From Nemertoderma westbladi (Eukaryota > Animalia > Xenacoelomorpha): a DNA stretch of 43,621 nt. Under the pieces are notes generated by a model. That model did not search any database. It saw only the letters and a list, made by a program, of their open reading frames with translations, and was not told the DNA's origin. The DNA lies in NCBI GenBank assembly GCA_032718475.1, contig JAUCBJ010008843.1:1-43621 (forward strand). The letters are read 5' to 3'. Below, piece by piece: positions 23,701-34,967 of the stretch (the first letter of the stretch is position 1; each line of letters starts with the position of its first letter). The position numbers and the translations under genes are program-made.

Positions 23701-25177
23701 TTTGCTGCACTTCTTGCAACTCTAGTCTACTTTCCCTTACTGTGCCCTTGAATTGCTGAACAGTCTCCTGCATCTGCCCGAGCAGGAGATCCATCCCCCG
23801 CCGTCTCTCGTCCACCCATTCGACCGCCGAAGCGGGAGTCGCCAACGTTGTAGCGGGCGGACGAGGGACCACGGGCGACAAATCATGAATATTTCGCTCG
23901 GGGTCCAGGACCTGAACTGTCTCATGGGCTGTTCTACTGGGCACAGATAGCTTAGTACTGTGCAGAGGGAATTTAGAGGTAGCTTCAGGGAGCACAGGTG
24001 TGTCTATCACCGAAGGGGTGATTTCAAAAACAGGCCTAATTATTTCAGGCTCATCTACTATAGTAGGGAGTCTTTCTATTTTAATTATTTGGTCTGTGGG
24101 CTCTGTACTACCTAAGTTGGTGTTATTTAGTTGCCTTCTAACAGCTGAAGGCAAATCAGGCAATTTCTGACGGTGGAATGTTCTTTTACGTCTGCTTAGA
24201 CGAGATCTATTTCCTTTGCCTTCGGTATCGGTGGTATCGCCTTCCTCAGATGATGTATATCCCTGTCTTTTGGGAGTAGATCGATTCATCATCTGCATAT
24301 TACTAGCTGTTAACTGTTTATTTATGCAGTCTTGATTCTCCTGAATGTTTTCCAATTCTAATTGGGTGATTTCTTCCGCCGCTCTACGTTCTGCTTCTGC
24401 CACTGCCACGTCCGCCTTTCTTTCAGCTTCGGCCGCTTTTGCTTCTGCCGCTGCCGCTGCCGCTTTTCTTTCTGCTTCTGCAGCTACTACTGCTGCTTTC
24501 TTTCTGTCTTCTATACGTTTTTTCTTTACTTGTTCTTCTTGGACTCGTGTGATGCGGAGTTGTTCATCAAATTTAGCTTGGTTCGCCGCTAACATTTCCG
24601 CATCGATTGCGTCCAGCACAAGCTTGGTTCCTTCACTATTAGGGCTAAGCCCCTCCAGCCTTCTCCTCAACTCTTCGTCCCCTACAAAGCGTTGATAGTC
24701 TGACAGATAGATGTCAATGGCATCTCTCTTTCGCGGCCCTTCCGCTGTCCCTTCGCTTTCTTCTTGAGAAGAAGTGGTGTCGGTTGATTCTTCATAGGTT
24801 GGCCGTTCATCATAAACCGTATCCGCCATCTTCGCTCCGCGTTCGGGCGTCCGCTCAACAGTATCCGAACTACTGGAGCTCTCGGGCCGCTGAGAACTAG
24901 GTTCTTGGCTAGGAGGTTGCTGCTGTTTGGCAGCTGCTTCTTGATCCTGCTTAACCTGGGCCCGAGTACCGATGATAGACCTACGGCGCTTCACTAACTT
25001 CGCGAATTGCGAAATTGCTTCTACTAACCTAGGTTCTGACACAGCTACTGTAGGGGTTGTCTTTCTTACAGTAGGAGGGGTTTCAGACCTCGGTCTGGGA
25101 TTCTCTATACTCCTATCTGATAAACAGACTGTTGTTTCTAGGAGACTATCTGACAGAGTTTGCCTTGTGTCAGACAT
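20789..25177 (-). CDS. gag: Bel/Pao Gag-aspartic protease polyprotein (1462 aa); RT and most of RNase H missing in frame, no integrase
   Basis: DUF1759-like KFNGDEMKW...EKLRFLIECLEG...LNIRYG, three Cys/His knuckles (CVLCDGPH, CYNCLRRGH, CAKCGAKHHILLH), ALLDSGSTGTFI, AVRTRVGWYLTGP, then QWRYCPKKFNPTDIASRG and YSSWNRL. No YxDD motif. Confidence 0.9.
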   Translation of the reverse strand: MSDTRQTLSDSLLETTVCLSDRSIENPRPRSETPPTVRKTTPTVAVSEPRLVEAISQFAKLVKRRRSIIGTRAQVKQDQEAAAKQQQPPSQEPSSQRPESSSSSDTVERTPERGAKMADTVYDERPTYEESTDTTSSQEESEGTAEGPRKRDAIDIYLSDYQRFVGDEELRRRLEGLSPNSEGTKLVLDAIDAEMLAANQAKFDEQLRITRVQEEQVKKKRIEDRKKAAVVAAEAERKAAAAAAEAKAAEAERKADVAVAEAERRAAEEITQLELENIQENQDCINKQLTASNMQMMNRSTPKRQGYTSSEEGDTTDTEGKGNRSRLSRRKRTFHRQKLPDLPSAVRRQLNNTNLGSTEPTDQIIKIERLPTIVDEPEIIRPVFEITPSVIDTPVLPEATSKFPLHSTKLSVPSRTAHETVQVLDPERNIHDLSPVVPRPPATTLATPASAVEWVDERRRGMDLLLGQMQETVQQFKGTVRESRLELQEVQQSIALERDKLVNTQKGILPPSVTMCQPVRSEVCHAQGVEPTRIYTASEVETPIVNPIKGNYRPVDNDIPYRPDHNPRNLYTDNSILNNTMAQESFTRQMARTEARQAVKVGEIVKFNGDEMKWLPFNEYYKDNIQNSVLSNGEKLRFLIECLEGSPKLMALSFIGHPDGLRQVWDTLNIRYGNRNNIAGYLYAKLVAPRKFISSGIIEFSDEIQEICRQLDWLGKSHEYQSAMVIRAVASTLPKGGVGTRWDKKVLYMMEQQQRDPTMTDLMTFLDGEVKLQLIKQSREKTSENKVSEKPVSRRKVTPVCYTDDGESQTSQGEDSGKDTERSYVNKTPKDQVSKFKSRTNDRREQVRKTPPTSPKRIQVRKPEERTNVHHTAHVKVSNIKPKCVLCDGPHRLNACDKFLKKSLKERREVMWDKRLCYNCLRRGHQRQTCYSDARCAKCGAKHHILLHTEFERNSPSQVSDSELHVQFSDVNDTDQSEMEGFYTDEFSDQNESCYLINTTAVYRALMYEKDTDSDLTLTTSDQQQSWKAPTSNVGIREFPVVQLRVHGPQKSYIVNALLDSGSTGTFIDKELAEDIFAGQPKFRTKLNMSGIMQVWKSAVAADYYIGELSTPQDKLGEHSIRSVKMVAIKNFATTQVEPYNWDEDDHAQQLNIPRFDTDYPGVQILIGQNAHEALETLEKRPAQPQPLQTYAVRTRVGWYLTGPSRRMLRERLLQDRVCQVSEWEDDTSEGDDPTEGTPYSSDNDDISSNVDQWRYCPKKFNPTDIASRGATPQELTDTTDRLGEPDFLSKEDEWPPHLTPTEIRPAKGAEKVKPKTRTGGSELFEPGIDLSVLHIARDDAVDLDLPTASGSFMKIRESDWSSGTSDVSQGLSPLLQGATDHYSSWNRLCKAVVYLERCFYRHYSRTKRKPGIVFRMQRLNHPVGRLCLPEGNGGLSGNCGRQDSLPTTTSLILQTSRDSIT

Positions 25178-26497
25178 GTTTGTTTGTACAGTTGGATGCC
25201 TACTGCTATATTACAGTCTAAGCAAGTCTAGTAATTCAGTATTAACTGCTAGCCTAGTAATTAATTACCGATACTGCTACTCAGTGTAGCGTGATATATA
25301 TATAATATATTAGAATACCGGTATGCTTATAGTATATATAAGTATTATTACAGACTAGGTTTATCACAGAATACCGGTATAATTTTAGCACAAATATATA
25401 TAAATATATAATAGGCCTATCGGGAATACCGGTATACAGCTTACAGTTATAGTATATATAAGTATAATTCTGGACTAGAATTAATTATAAAGTACCGGTA
25501 TAATTTCAGCCTAAATTTATAGAAATAAAGATAATAGGCCTATCGTAAATACCGGTATATCAATTATTTTAAATAATTGAATTTCTGAATTTTAGGGTTA
25601 CTTGGTTACTTTACTTACTTTATTACCGTTATTTGAGCAGTAGTCCAACTGATATTGAGACCTAATGGTTGTATGGTAGGCCTACTATTTATAAATCATT
25701 AGATTTGATTTATAATATATATATACCCGTTTTAATGGGTTTTGTCAATGTTTGAAATAAATGTTATTATTTCTGGGGAGTAATCACTACACAAAGCGGT
25801 GCGCTTTCAGTGAAGTGCTACTTATAGGACACTAAAACAAATAATGCTAATTTACCTAAGTTACTTAATACTACAAATTACGTACAATTCGGGTGAGATT
25901 ACAATCTCTAAATAAACACAAAAATTTACAAAAACACAAAATACGAATTTTCAGGGTAATTTTACAAGAAGTCTACAAACCAGCCTAACAAAGGGTTAGA
26001 AATCTTGTTTTTACAATGGACAGGGTACTGCGGTATTTGAAAATAATACGTAGTAGTAAATACACTGCGTTGTCCAGATAGGAAAATACCACCGCCTGAC
26101 GACCTATAACCGTATCGCTATAGGTGCTACGTTATGTATCACGGAGTGTTCCTACCTAGAAGTTAATAGAGCTAATCGAACGTGCCTATCAACCACTTTA
26201 CAACACAAATATAATGCCTACACACTAATTACCTTCGGAAAGCACTGTACACTAAACCCTAAATTAGGTACGAGCACTTATACAACAGATAATCAGTAGT
26301 TAAATATACTTGAACAGCTAAAAGAACCACGGCATCTGCTGGAGTGACCGGTGCACAAAATCACCAGTCTTTACCTACGCCAAGCAGCCCGTGTAGTACC
26401 GGGGTTAATTTAACTATAGCGGTATGTATAACAAACACAATTATTGTAGGAACAAACTTGGGGAATGAATGTTGCGAATAATCGCATAAACTCTGAA

Positions 26498-27067
26498 TAA
26501 TAAATATTACGCTACGCGTACAAACCACTCAAACAAAATGCAGACCAAATACTGACAGACTACTATCAAGCCTAAATAAACTACAGGACATGCAGACTCC
26601 GAAATGATTAGGTAGTATGCGTTCTAACCCAGTAGTACGACTTATTCTTTAGTTGGGGGTTTACCTTACAGCATTGGCTGCCCCTACTTCCTAACCGTTC
26701 TTTATCGGACAGAGGCTCTACACACACTGCAATCCGTTCAGACCTAATAACAGCCAGACAACTATCCAGCCTACAAATTATCTAAATAAATATTATACGC
26801 TACCTGTACAGACCACACAAACAAAGTACAGACTAAACGATGGCAGACTACTCTCAAGCCTAAATAAACTACAGGACATGCAGACTCCGAAATGATTAGG
26901 TAGTATGCGTTCTAACCCAGTAGTACGACTTATTCTTTAGTTGGGGGTTTACCTTACAGCTTTGGCTGCCCCTACTTCCTAACTGTTCTTTATCGGACAG
27001 ATGATCTACACACGCTGCAATCCGTTCAGACTTAACAGCAATCAGACAACAGCTCAGCCTACAAATT
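26498..27067. repeat. ~288-bp tandem duplication in the Bel/Pao leader
   Basis: ctacaggacatgcagactccg occurs at 26581 and 26869 within extended homology. Confidence 0.9.
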
Positions 27068-28254
27068 GCTGAATTGTCTGTACAATCTGATCAGGCTTAC
27101 ACGCCTTCTGTTCAATACTGGCCTACAAACAAATAAAACTTGACAGAAATAAGTAAAAATCTCAATAAAAAACCAGGGCTGCAGTCCCTGATTAATTATT
27201 AAGGCCTACCGGTATATAATTATCAAAATCGAATAATACTGCTGTACCTGTACTGCTGTAGGTACCGGTCCGGGTGGTTAGGTAGTCAGGCCTACTGGGT
27301 ACCGGTTGCCGGTACTTCAGCTTTATTGCCTACTGCAATACAGAAGCTATATCCGTTATTGTTCTTACCAGAACAATATTAAACTGTATTTAATGCCTAC
27401 ACTGCAATACAGACTAAATATCCGTTATTGTTCGCGCTTTCAGACCTTTGGCAGTTTAACCCGCCAAATTAGGATGTCTTCTAGATAATAAATCGCTTTT
27501 AGCCTCTGACAAGTATTTGATTCACTACACTAGTTGAAACCAATCTGTGCGCGATCATTCACCCATTGGATATACCCGGGAGATTGATTTCGACAGCTTA
27601 ATCTTATTGCTATGTAAGCCTAATGTATTATTCGACTGACAGTATTATATAATCTCTGACAATATTATTCACCTTCGGGAAATATTAACAGTTCCTTTAG
27701 GACGTGGCGCTCTACCTATATAAACAGAGTTATGACTTAAACTACTCACAACGATATGGCTTAGTTATAATTCACATATATGGCGCATTCTTTAGGAAAT
27801 GCTTCGTTATCAGTCTCACTCATACACAATGCTGCACAATACTGCACACTGATCTGCCGATCTTCACTGATTTTAGTCACATATAAAAGGAACACGGACC
27901 GAATCATGTAGGGTCTATCAAATAACATTAGATTCACTTCAAACCACTTTAACATAAGTCACAATCGTTATATGTAACCTTTCTCTCTTACCTTCGGTAT
28001 ATCAAGAATATTGGGTTTTTGGGGTTATTTATCGTTATTCCAAATATAATAATTCATCAACCATATTATGAAGAACCGACAGTAAATAGCAGTATAACAG
28101 TTTAAAGTATGCACAGTGTTACACAGTATGCAGTGTCAGTAAGTAAGGTTTGAGATATCAAGTTTGGTTTGATAACGGATATATGTCCTTATAATTAAGC
28201 CTACTAGTGTTAGGCTAAAAGCAGAAAAGCACAAAATATTCTAAAGCCGTTCTT

Positions 28255-28272
28255 TCCTGGCTCAGGACAGAA
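28255..28272 (-). promoter_or_regulatory. Degenerate primer-binding site
   Basis: ttctgtcctgagccagga lies directly after the LTR end and resembles the common Bel/Pao PBS TGGTCCTTCGAGCCGGA. Confidence 0.5.
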
Positions 28273-28646
28273 TGTAAACACTGCCCATAAAGCATGGAGT
28301 GATTTCTAGGAAATTTCTGTACAAGAGCCATAAAAATGCTCTGATTGGCTGACTGAACTGAGAGATGCCGTAGAACAAAGAAAATCAACACGTATGAATA
28401 TCAGCTGTTAACCGTCGTCATAGTAACTACTGCTCAAGAGTAGCTATCACCTTTTGCGTCGCGGAATTGCCATAGAATCATCAACTATGCCTTTCACAGT
28501 ACACATACGGAAGAAATAGCTCTTAGATCCTCTAAAAACACCGATACAGCAATAATACGGCCTCTTACGCCTATTAAACCAACTACAGAGTATTTTACGG
28601 GAAAAATAAGAGAAAATAACCGGGCAATTCAGCAAAAGCTTTTACA
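28273..28646 (-). repeat. 5' LTR, 374 bp
   Basis: Inverted termini TGTAAA...TTTACA. The inner end abuts the PBS-like site and the outer end coincides exactly with the start of the 207-bp repeat. Confidence 0.75.
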
Positions 28647-28853
28647 ATTATCGATGATAGATGGGTTAATTGTTATTACACAATACAACGAGGCTGGTGA
28701 AAAGTTTGAAATACAACTAAATCGACATAATCCCTTCGAAATTATGTCTTTCTTTATTGTAATGATTTCAAAAGAATCCTTTGTCGAGACTGAAGAATTA
28801 ACAGATAATGTTGAATTTGTTGATAATATCATTGATTCTTGACTTTTTCCATT
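28647..28853 (+). repeat. 207-bp direct repeat, right copy
   Basis: Reads identically to 13918-14124. Confidence 0.95.
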
Positions 28854-29032
28854 ATATAAAAAAATATTTTATGATTATTTTTAGAATTCTGATTTTCTTA
28901 ACTATGAAAAAAAAATCAAATTTTAAATAATCGAAAATTGTAGTATTTGTATTATACAGTATATCAGATTTGCTTGATGGGTATTGCAGTAATTATAGAG
29001 TACCTTTTATTATTTTCAATTTACTTTAAGAT

Positions 29033-29298
29033 TTGTCACTCCAACACTTATTTGGAAAATGGATAATTATTTTAAACGAAAATTGTTCGGTTTGCTATTC
29101 TAAATTATTATTGCAACATCAATTGTTCCCTCATTCATTTAGAAATATTCGTCGTTATAAAAAGGTATTAGAATCACTCAACCGCAAAACAAAAAATATT
29201 TCAAGTTACAGAAAAAAGTTAACCAATCAATCTGGTGGTATACTGTACTTCCGTTTCTAATACCCCTACTCAGCATTGGCGCGAAACTCGCCGCGGGG
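29033..29298 (+). pseudogene. Degenerate Polinton/Maverick-like small basic protein
   Basis: RRYKKVLESLNRK...RKKLTNQSGGIL (frameshift) FLIPLLSIGAKLAAG fits the basic...QxGG(F/I)L..LL pattern I recall from Polinton small virion proteins. Confidence 0.45.
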
Positions 29299-29309
29299 GC
29301 GGTTATATT

Positions 29310-29660
29310 GAAAAATATCGAGACATGAAAAATATCGAGAGTAAAAATAACGCGAGTAAAAACATCGAGTGTTGAAAAATAACGATAATATCGAGAGTTC
29401 AAAAAATATCGAGAGTAAAAATATCGAGGGTAAAAATATCGAGAGTAAAAATATCGAGTGTTGAAAAATATCGAGAGTAAAAATATCGAGTGTTGAAAAA
29501 TATCGAGAGTAAAAAAATTGAGTGTTGAAAATATCGAGAGTAAAAATATCGAGAGTAAAAATATCGAGTGTTGAAAAATATCGAGAGTAAAAATATCGAG
29601 TGTTGAAAAATATCGAGAGTAAAAAAATTGAGTGTTGAAAATATAGAGAGTAAAAATATC
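29310..29660. repeat. Minisatellite of 15-19-bp units (aaaaatatcgagagt / aaaaatatcgagtgttg)
   Basis: About 20 aaaatatcgag cores, with a higher-order repeat of the unit pattern. Confidence 0.93.
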
Positions 29661-30828
29661 CTAGCTAATTTGGCCTAGCCAATGAATGCGCGCTTAATTG
29701 ATGGTAATTCGCCCCATCATTGGCTGATCTATTTTTCCTGGGCCAATATGCTAGCTTCTGCCCTGAGATGAGCTGGCATCTCTCCCTCGTGCTGGCAATG
29801 TGCCAATGTGTATTGCCAGGTGTGTTCGTATGTGATAATATATTGCTAATATCACATAGCCGAACATAATTGGTAAATCGCCACTTTCCCCATTTTCCTC
29901 TGGGTGGTGTAGCGAATTGGATCCGCTAACACACCCCCATGCTATCTTCCCGGTGAGAAGATAGCATCAACCTTTAGTGCGCTCCAATTCCGCTGGAATC
30001 CAATCTAATATTGGATGTGGGGTGGAATTATTTTCTCGGGACCAGCTTTCCAAACTGGCTCCTCTGGGTCTGTTTTCACTACCCATCCTTGGTACATCTG
30101 CGAGCTAAGCTGTACCGGTACCAAAGCATCTGGCGTCTCTGTTTAGATGATTGCCCTTTCTCCTCGCACAATTTTTATCCCGGACTCTTTCGTCCATTAT
30201 CCTCGCTCACTAGTCCCATAGGACTCACCCTCCACACTGCTCGCCCTCACACTTGGATCTCGCACTCTTCTCTTTCCCCCAAAACTCTCATACCTCCCCT
30301 CCCATGCTCTTCTAATACTCAACCCCTTTTGCTCTCACTCTCCATACGCCTGTTGGGTTCCCACGGTCTTATACACATATACGTTGTATATAATAAGTGA
30401 GTCCCTTGTCTCATCCTCCTGTTCCAGTCAATTAGTCCCCAGTCAGCCAGTCCCAGTAGCTAATTGGAAAAAGGTTGTATCTGACTATAGTACATATATT
30501 ATAGATCTACAGTATGTATAGCACTGATTGATTACGTACGTCCGTATTAATTGCACTTATATGTATTAATTGCACTTATCAGCTTATATGAGTTATTTGC
30601 ACTTATATGAGTTATTTGCACTTATATGAGTTATTTGTACATTTTAAGTCCTTGCGGTACCTTCCAGGCACATTAACACCGCGCGTAACCAGTTCTAGTT
30701 TCTCCTTTCCCCTATCATCGTCCTGTCTCGGGCGTTTTCGTTCCTCCTGTTTACCCTTCAGGCTACTCATCTGCACTGATACCGTCTTGCCAAGCCCCGT
30801 AGTTGGAAGATCCTTGGGCGCGGGCGTT

Positions 30829-31254
30829 TCACATTTCATGGTATCGTTTCGCTGGCGGTCCCACTGAGTGCCCCTCCTGCTTCCCTCTGGTAGCGTCCCA
30901 CATGATCATCTTCATTCCACGCGGCACATGCTCTGCCAGAAAGTTCCTGAATTCCATCCTGTTCTCTGGCGACCATCTGTCGAGATATCTTTGGGTGTTA
31001 ATAACCCCTCCATGTGATGCCGCTGTCGCTACCTCCTGATATGTGAATGGTAGTCTCCTCTTATTAATCTCCTGGTGGGCCTGTAGGTTGATGTTGAAAA
31101 ACCCCCACCGGAACTCCTGGGCCTTCATCCTTTGCCTAGTCATGACTCCGACGTTGGCCCAGTCCTCGTAAACACGGAACTTATCCTCATTGTCCATCCA
31201 GTCGCACTGGCGCTCAAAATGCCCCCTAAACTTACACTTCGTACACCTATCAGC
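30829..31254 (-). pseudogene. Degenerate Gag-like CCHC ORF, copy B
   Basis: Same as 247-672. Confidence 0.45.
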
Positions 31255-32179
31255 CTATGGTGCAGCCTCGGGCATGCGCCCATTCTATGGGTAGACTCGT
31301 GACAATATAGACATGTCGCCCCCTTTTGGTAGCGATACAGACAATTCTTCTGCTGATGGGTTTAGTCTCCCACAGTAGTCGCGCAACCGTCTATCACTGT
31401 CTGTCGCCCTAACTCATCCTTGGGTCCGCATAGCCTCCTGGGTCTATGGAGCCGTTGATATGTGAACATTTCCATCTTATCATCCCTACCCATGTCGATG
31501 TCCTCCTCTTCCCCATGACCTACTAAAGTTATGTTATATATACTTATTCACATTTATCCATCTAAAAATCAATCGGCCCACTAATTTAGTGGTCCTGCTG
31601 CAGCTTGGCAGGTCGTGGTTTAGTAGGTCATGTCTTCCCTCGGCATCGTCTCCCCAAACACTACTTGAGGTGGCGCCCCCGGTTGCTCGCCTGGCCGAAT
31701 CGTGTTCGCCGGGCGCCGGCTCCCACGTGCTCCCAGGCTCGCTTGCCGGGTGTGTCCCAGGAGGCTCTCGCCCCGCTGGCTGTCACGACTCTCCCGTCCA
31801 CCCAGTCCGTGTCCGCCCGGCCGATCCTCTCTATCGGCAGCATCTCTCCGAACTCGTCCTCCTCTACTTCATCTGCCACAAGCGGTTCCAACCGGCCCTT
31901 CCCGGCCTGGTACTCGCCCGTAACCCTCCACCCTCCACCTATGTTGACTGTATCGGTGCCTCTTCCATCCAATCCACCTCATCCCCTAGCCGAATCCCCT
32001 TATATCTGCCTCTCTACCTGCTGCCTCCCTCCCCTCTTTCCTAGCGACTTCCTCTAGTCAGTCAGTGGTGGTCCATGGTCAAAATTTTTGGTTGGGCCAG
32101 ACAGCCAGAGCGAAAACTTTATGAATACAGTGGACTCATTAATACTGTAATAAATAAATACACATCAGATTGGTGTTAA

Positions 32180-34339
32180 GGGGGGGGGGGGGGGGGGGGG
32201 GGTGTGTTATTGTCGAAGAAATAAAAATGGTTTTATCTAAATTATAACATTAAGTTATAGTTCATATGGTATTTTCGTATTGCAAAAAAATATGATTGTA
32301 AGTATGAAGTAACCTATATGTTATTGAGATATTGTTTATTTGTTTGGTTAAAAGGCCCGCCACTGCAACCTGTTCCTTTCCGTTAATTAAGTAATCTAGT
32401 TTACTTTACTGTTTTGGTTAGAAAACACCACCACTGTAACCTGCTCCTTTTGCCACAGGTACGCATACTGTATGAATGATAACTGAACATTATTATCTAA
32501 ATTGAAATTCAGAACACTTGTTGCTTTAAATATAGGCCTAGTAAGTTTTGTTTTAAGTGTAAGTTCTAAGTTGGCCTTTAATCATACTGTCCTACATAGA
32601 ACGTAGACATGAACAGATGAAATTACATAACTCATTTTGTTTGAAGTTGATGTCATTTGTTCTTATACCTGTATATACAGATATAGGCCTACGTCTTAAT
32701 AAATTTCTAGGCCCTCAATTGTCAGGACGTACCAGTCGGCGGCACAGCCTTTCTTTTAGTAGGCCTTGCCTATTACCTAGCACCTACAGTCCTACACCTA
32801 GCTCATTAGGCCTATATTAAATCTTCATTCAGTTAATATCCATTGCTTCTCGAACCGGGAGGACCTGAACTCTTTAAGCGACAACAATCAGATAATGCAA
32901 CGGTTTACTTGTGAGTCGGGCAACACACTGCTAATTACCAAATCTATGTTCAGATGTTCGCGAACATCTGTTCGGAAAATAGTCCGTTTGTGCGGACGTT
33001 TCTCGAAGAATACCTGGACGCGAACTCGAGTTTTCTGGACTATTATGTCGTTAATAAATGTACGGCAGGTCATATTACCGAGTGGCTGCTGCGTTCACTC
33101 ACCTCTGGGTCTAACAACGCCGCCACCACCTCGGATTTGTCTTACAACACGACCCAATCACCGGCCACTGTCCCGACTACCGGGTACCACGAGACTAGTA
33201 TGCCACAGTGTCCATTGACGGCATCGGCGTCGACACCTACGTACCACCACAATTACAATCCTGCGACATCCGGGGGGGGGTGTGTTATTGTCGAAGAAAT
33301 AAAAATGGTTTTATCTAAATTATAACATTAAGTTATAGTTCATATGGTATTTTCGTATTGCAAAAAAATATGATTGTAAGTATGAAGTAACCTATATGTT
33401 ATTGAGATATTGTTTATTTGTTTGGTTAAAAGGCCCGCCACTGCAACCTGTTCCTTTCCGTTAATTAAGTAATCTAGTTTTACTTTACTGTTTTGGTTAG
33501 AAAACACCACCACTGTAACCTGCTCCTTTTGCCACAGGTACGCATACTGTATGAATGATAACTGAACATTATTATCTAAATTGAAATTCAGAACACTTGT
33601 TGCTTTAAATATAGGCCTAGTAAGTTTTGTTTTAAGTGTAAGTTCTAAGTTGGCCTTTAATCATACTGTCCTACATAGAACGTAGACATGAACAGATGAA
33701 ATTACATAACTCATTTTGTTTGAAGTTTATGCCATTTGTTCTTATACCTGTATATACAGATATAGGCCTACGTCTTAATAAATTTCTAGGCCCTCAATTG
33801 TCAGGACGTACCAGTCGGCGGCACAGCCTTTCTTTTAGTAGGCCTTGCCTATTACCTAGCACCTACAGTCCTACACCTAGCTCATTAGGCCTATATTAAA
33901 TCTTCATTCAGTTAATATCCATTGCTTCTCGAACCGGGAGGACCTGAACTCTTCAACCGACAACAATCAGACAATGGAACGGTTTACTTGTGAGTCGGGC
34001 AACGCACTGCTAATTACCAAATCTATGTTCGCGAACATCTGTTCGGAAAATGGTCCGTTTGTGCGGACGTTTCTCGAAGAATACCTGGACGCGAACTCGA
34101 GTTTTCTGGACTATTATGTCGTTAATAAATGTACGGCAGGTCATATTACCGAGTGGCTGCTGCGTTCACTCTCCTCTGGGTATAACAACGCCGCCACCAC
34201 CTCGGATTTGTCTCACAACACGACCCAATCACCGGCCACTGTCCCGACTGCCGGGTACCACGAGACCAGTATGCCACAGTGTCCATTGACGGCATCGGCG
34301 TCGCCACCTACGTACCACCACAATTACAATCCTGTGACA
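32180..34339 (+). repeat. ~1.1 kb tandem duplication, copy B
   Basis: Poly-G unit starts at 32180 and 33272. Confidence 0.95.
32895..33268 (+). pseudogene. Truncated, frameshifted duplicate of ZNF exon 1, copy B
   Basis: Same 8-nt insertion and truncation as 2439-2812. Confidence 0.88.
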
Positions 34340-34967
34340 GGAAAGCATCCGCAATCTCGATACTCGAATCAACCCTCGCCACCTACTGAACCCTCCTCTA
34401 TGCAGCCTGTGGTGAGGTTACAACATCTCAACCAGACAGACCTACCGGGAGAACAAAGACAAATGGATCCCAAACTGAGTTCGATAGACACCAAACCAAA
34501 CCTCATTGAATCTGAATCGAGTAATAATACAGCCAGTTCAACTTTATTATCTTATAACAACATATCGTATACCCCCGCAGTAACCGCAACCAACTCAAAC
34601 CATTATTCTACCCAACCTCTATCAGCAGACCAGTCAGATGTTCCGGTAATCCTACGCATTAAGACGGAAGACGAACTGGAATATAAACCCGACCTAAATG
34701 AGGTTGGTGATGGCTTGGGCCATTTATTCTCCCCTATAGATGTAGCATATGGAAATAGTACAGACACTAATGCTTCGACCACCCACTCAGCTCAGCAGAA
34801 TCTCCTCCCGGACTCTAACTCCCTGTCTCCCAACACCGCTCATGGTCCCCTAACAGACACTGACTCTTCACCAACCCTCGCTACTCAGTCTCTAGACGAC
34901 TTCAACTTAAACCTTCACAACACCTACAACCTCCTGTTGGCCTCTAAATCGACAGTTTCCAGTATCG
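33974..34967 (+). CDS. C2H2 zinc-finger protein B, exon 1
   Basis: ATG at 33974 and donor G|GTGAGT at 34967/34968. Six substitutions and a 2-aa indel relative to copy A. Confidence 0.85.

Larger units (their letters stand above)
19165..28646 (-). mobile_element. Non-autonomous Bel/Pao LTR retrotransposon (5' LTR, ~3.1 kb leader, Gag-protease ORF; no 3' LTR found, left boundary approximate)
   Basis: LTR, PBS-like site and a Bel/Pao Gag/protease ORF lie in collinear order on the minus strand. Confidence 0.75.

Noticed and set aside
21117-25289. Plus-strand ORFs overlapping the Bel/Pao ORF, and minus-strand ORFs in the Gypsy element
   Set aside because: They are antisense shadows of real coding sequence with no independent motifs.
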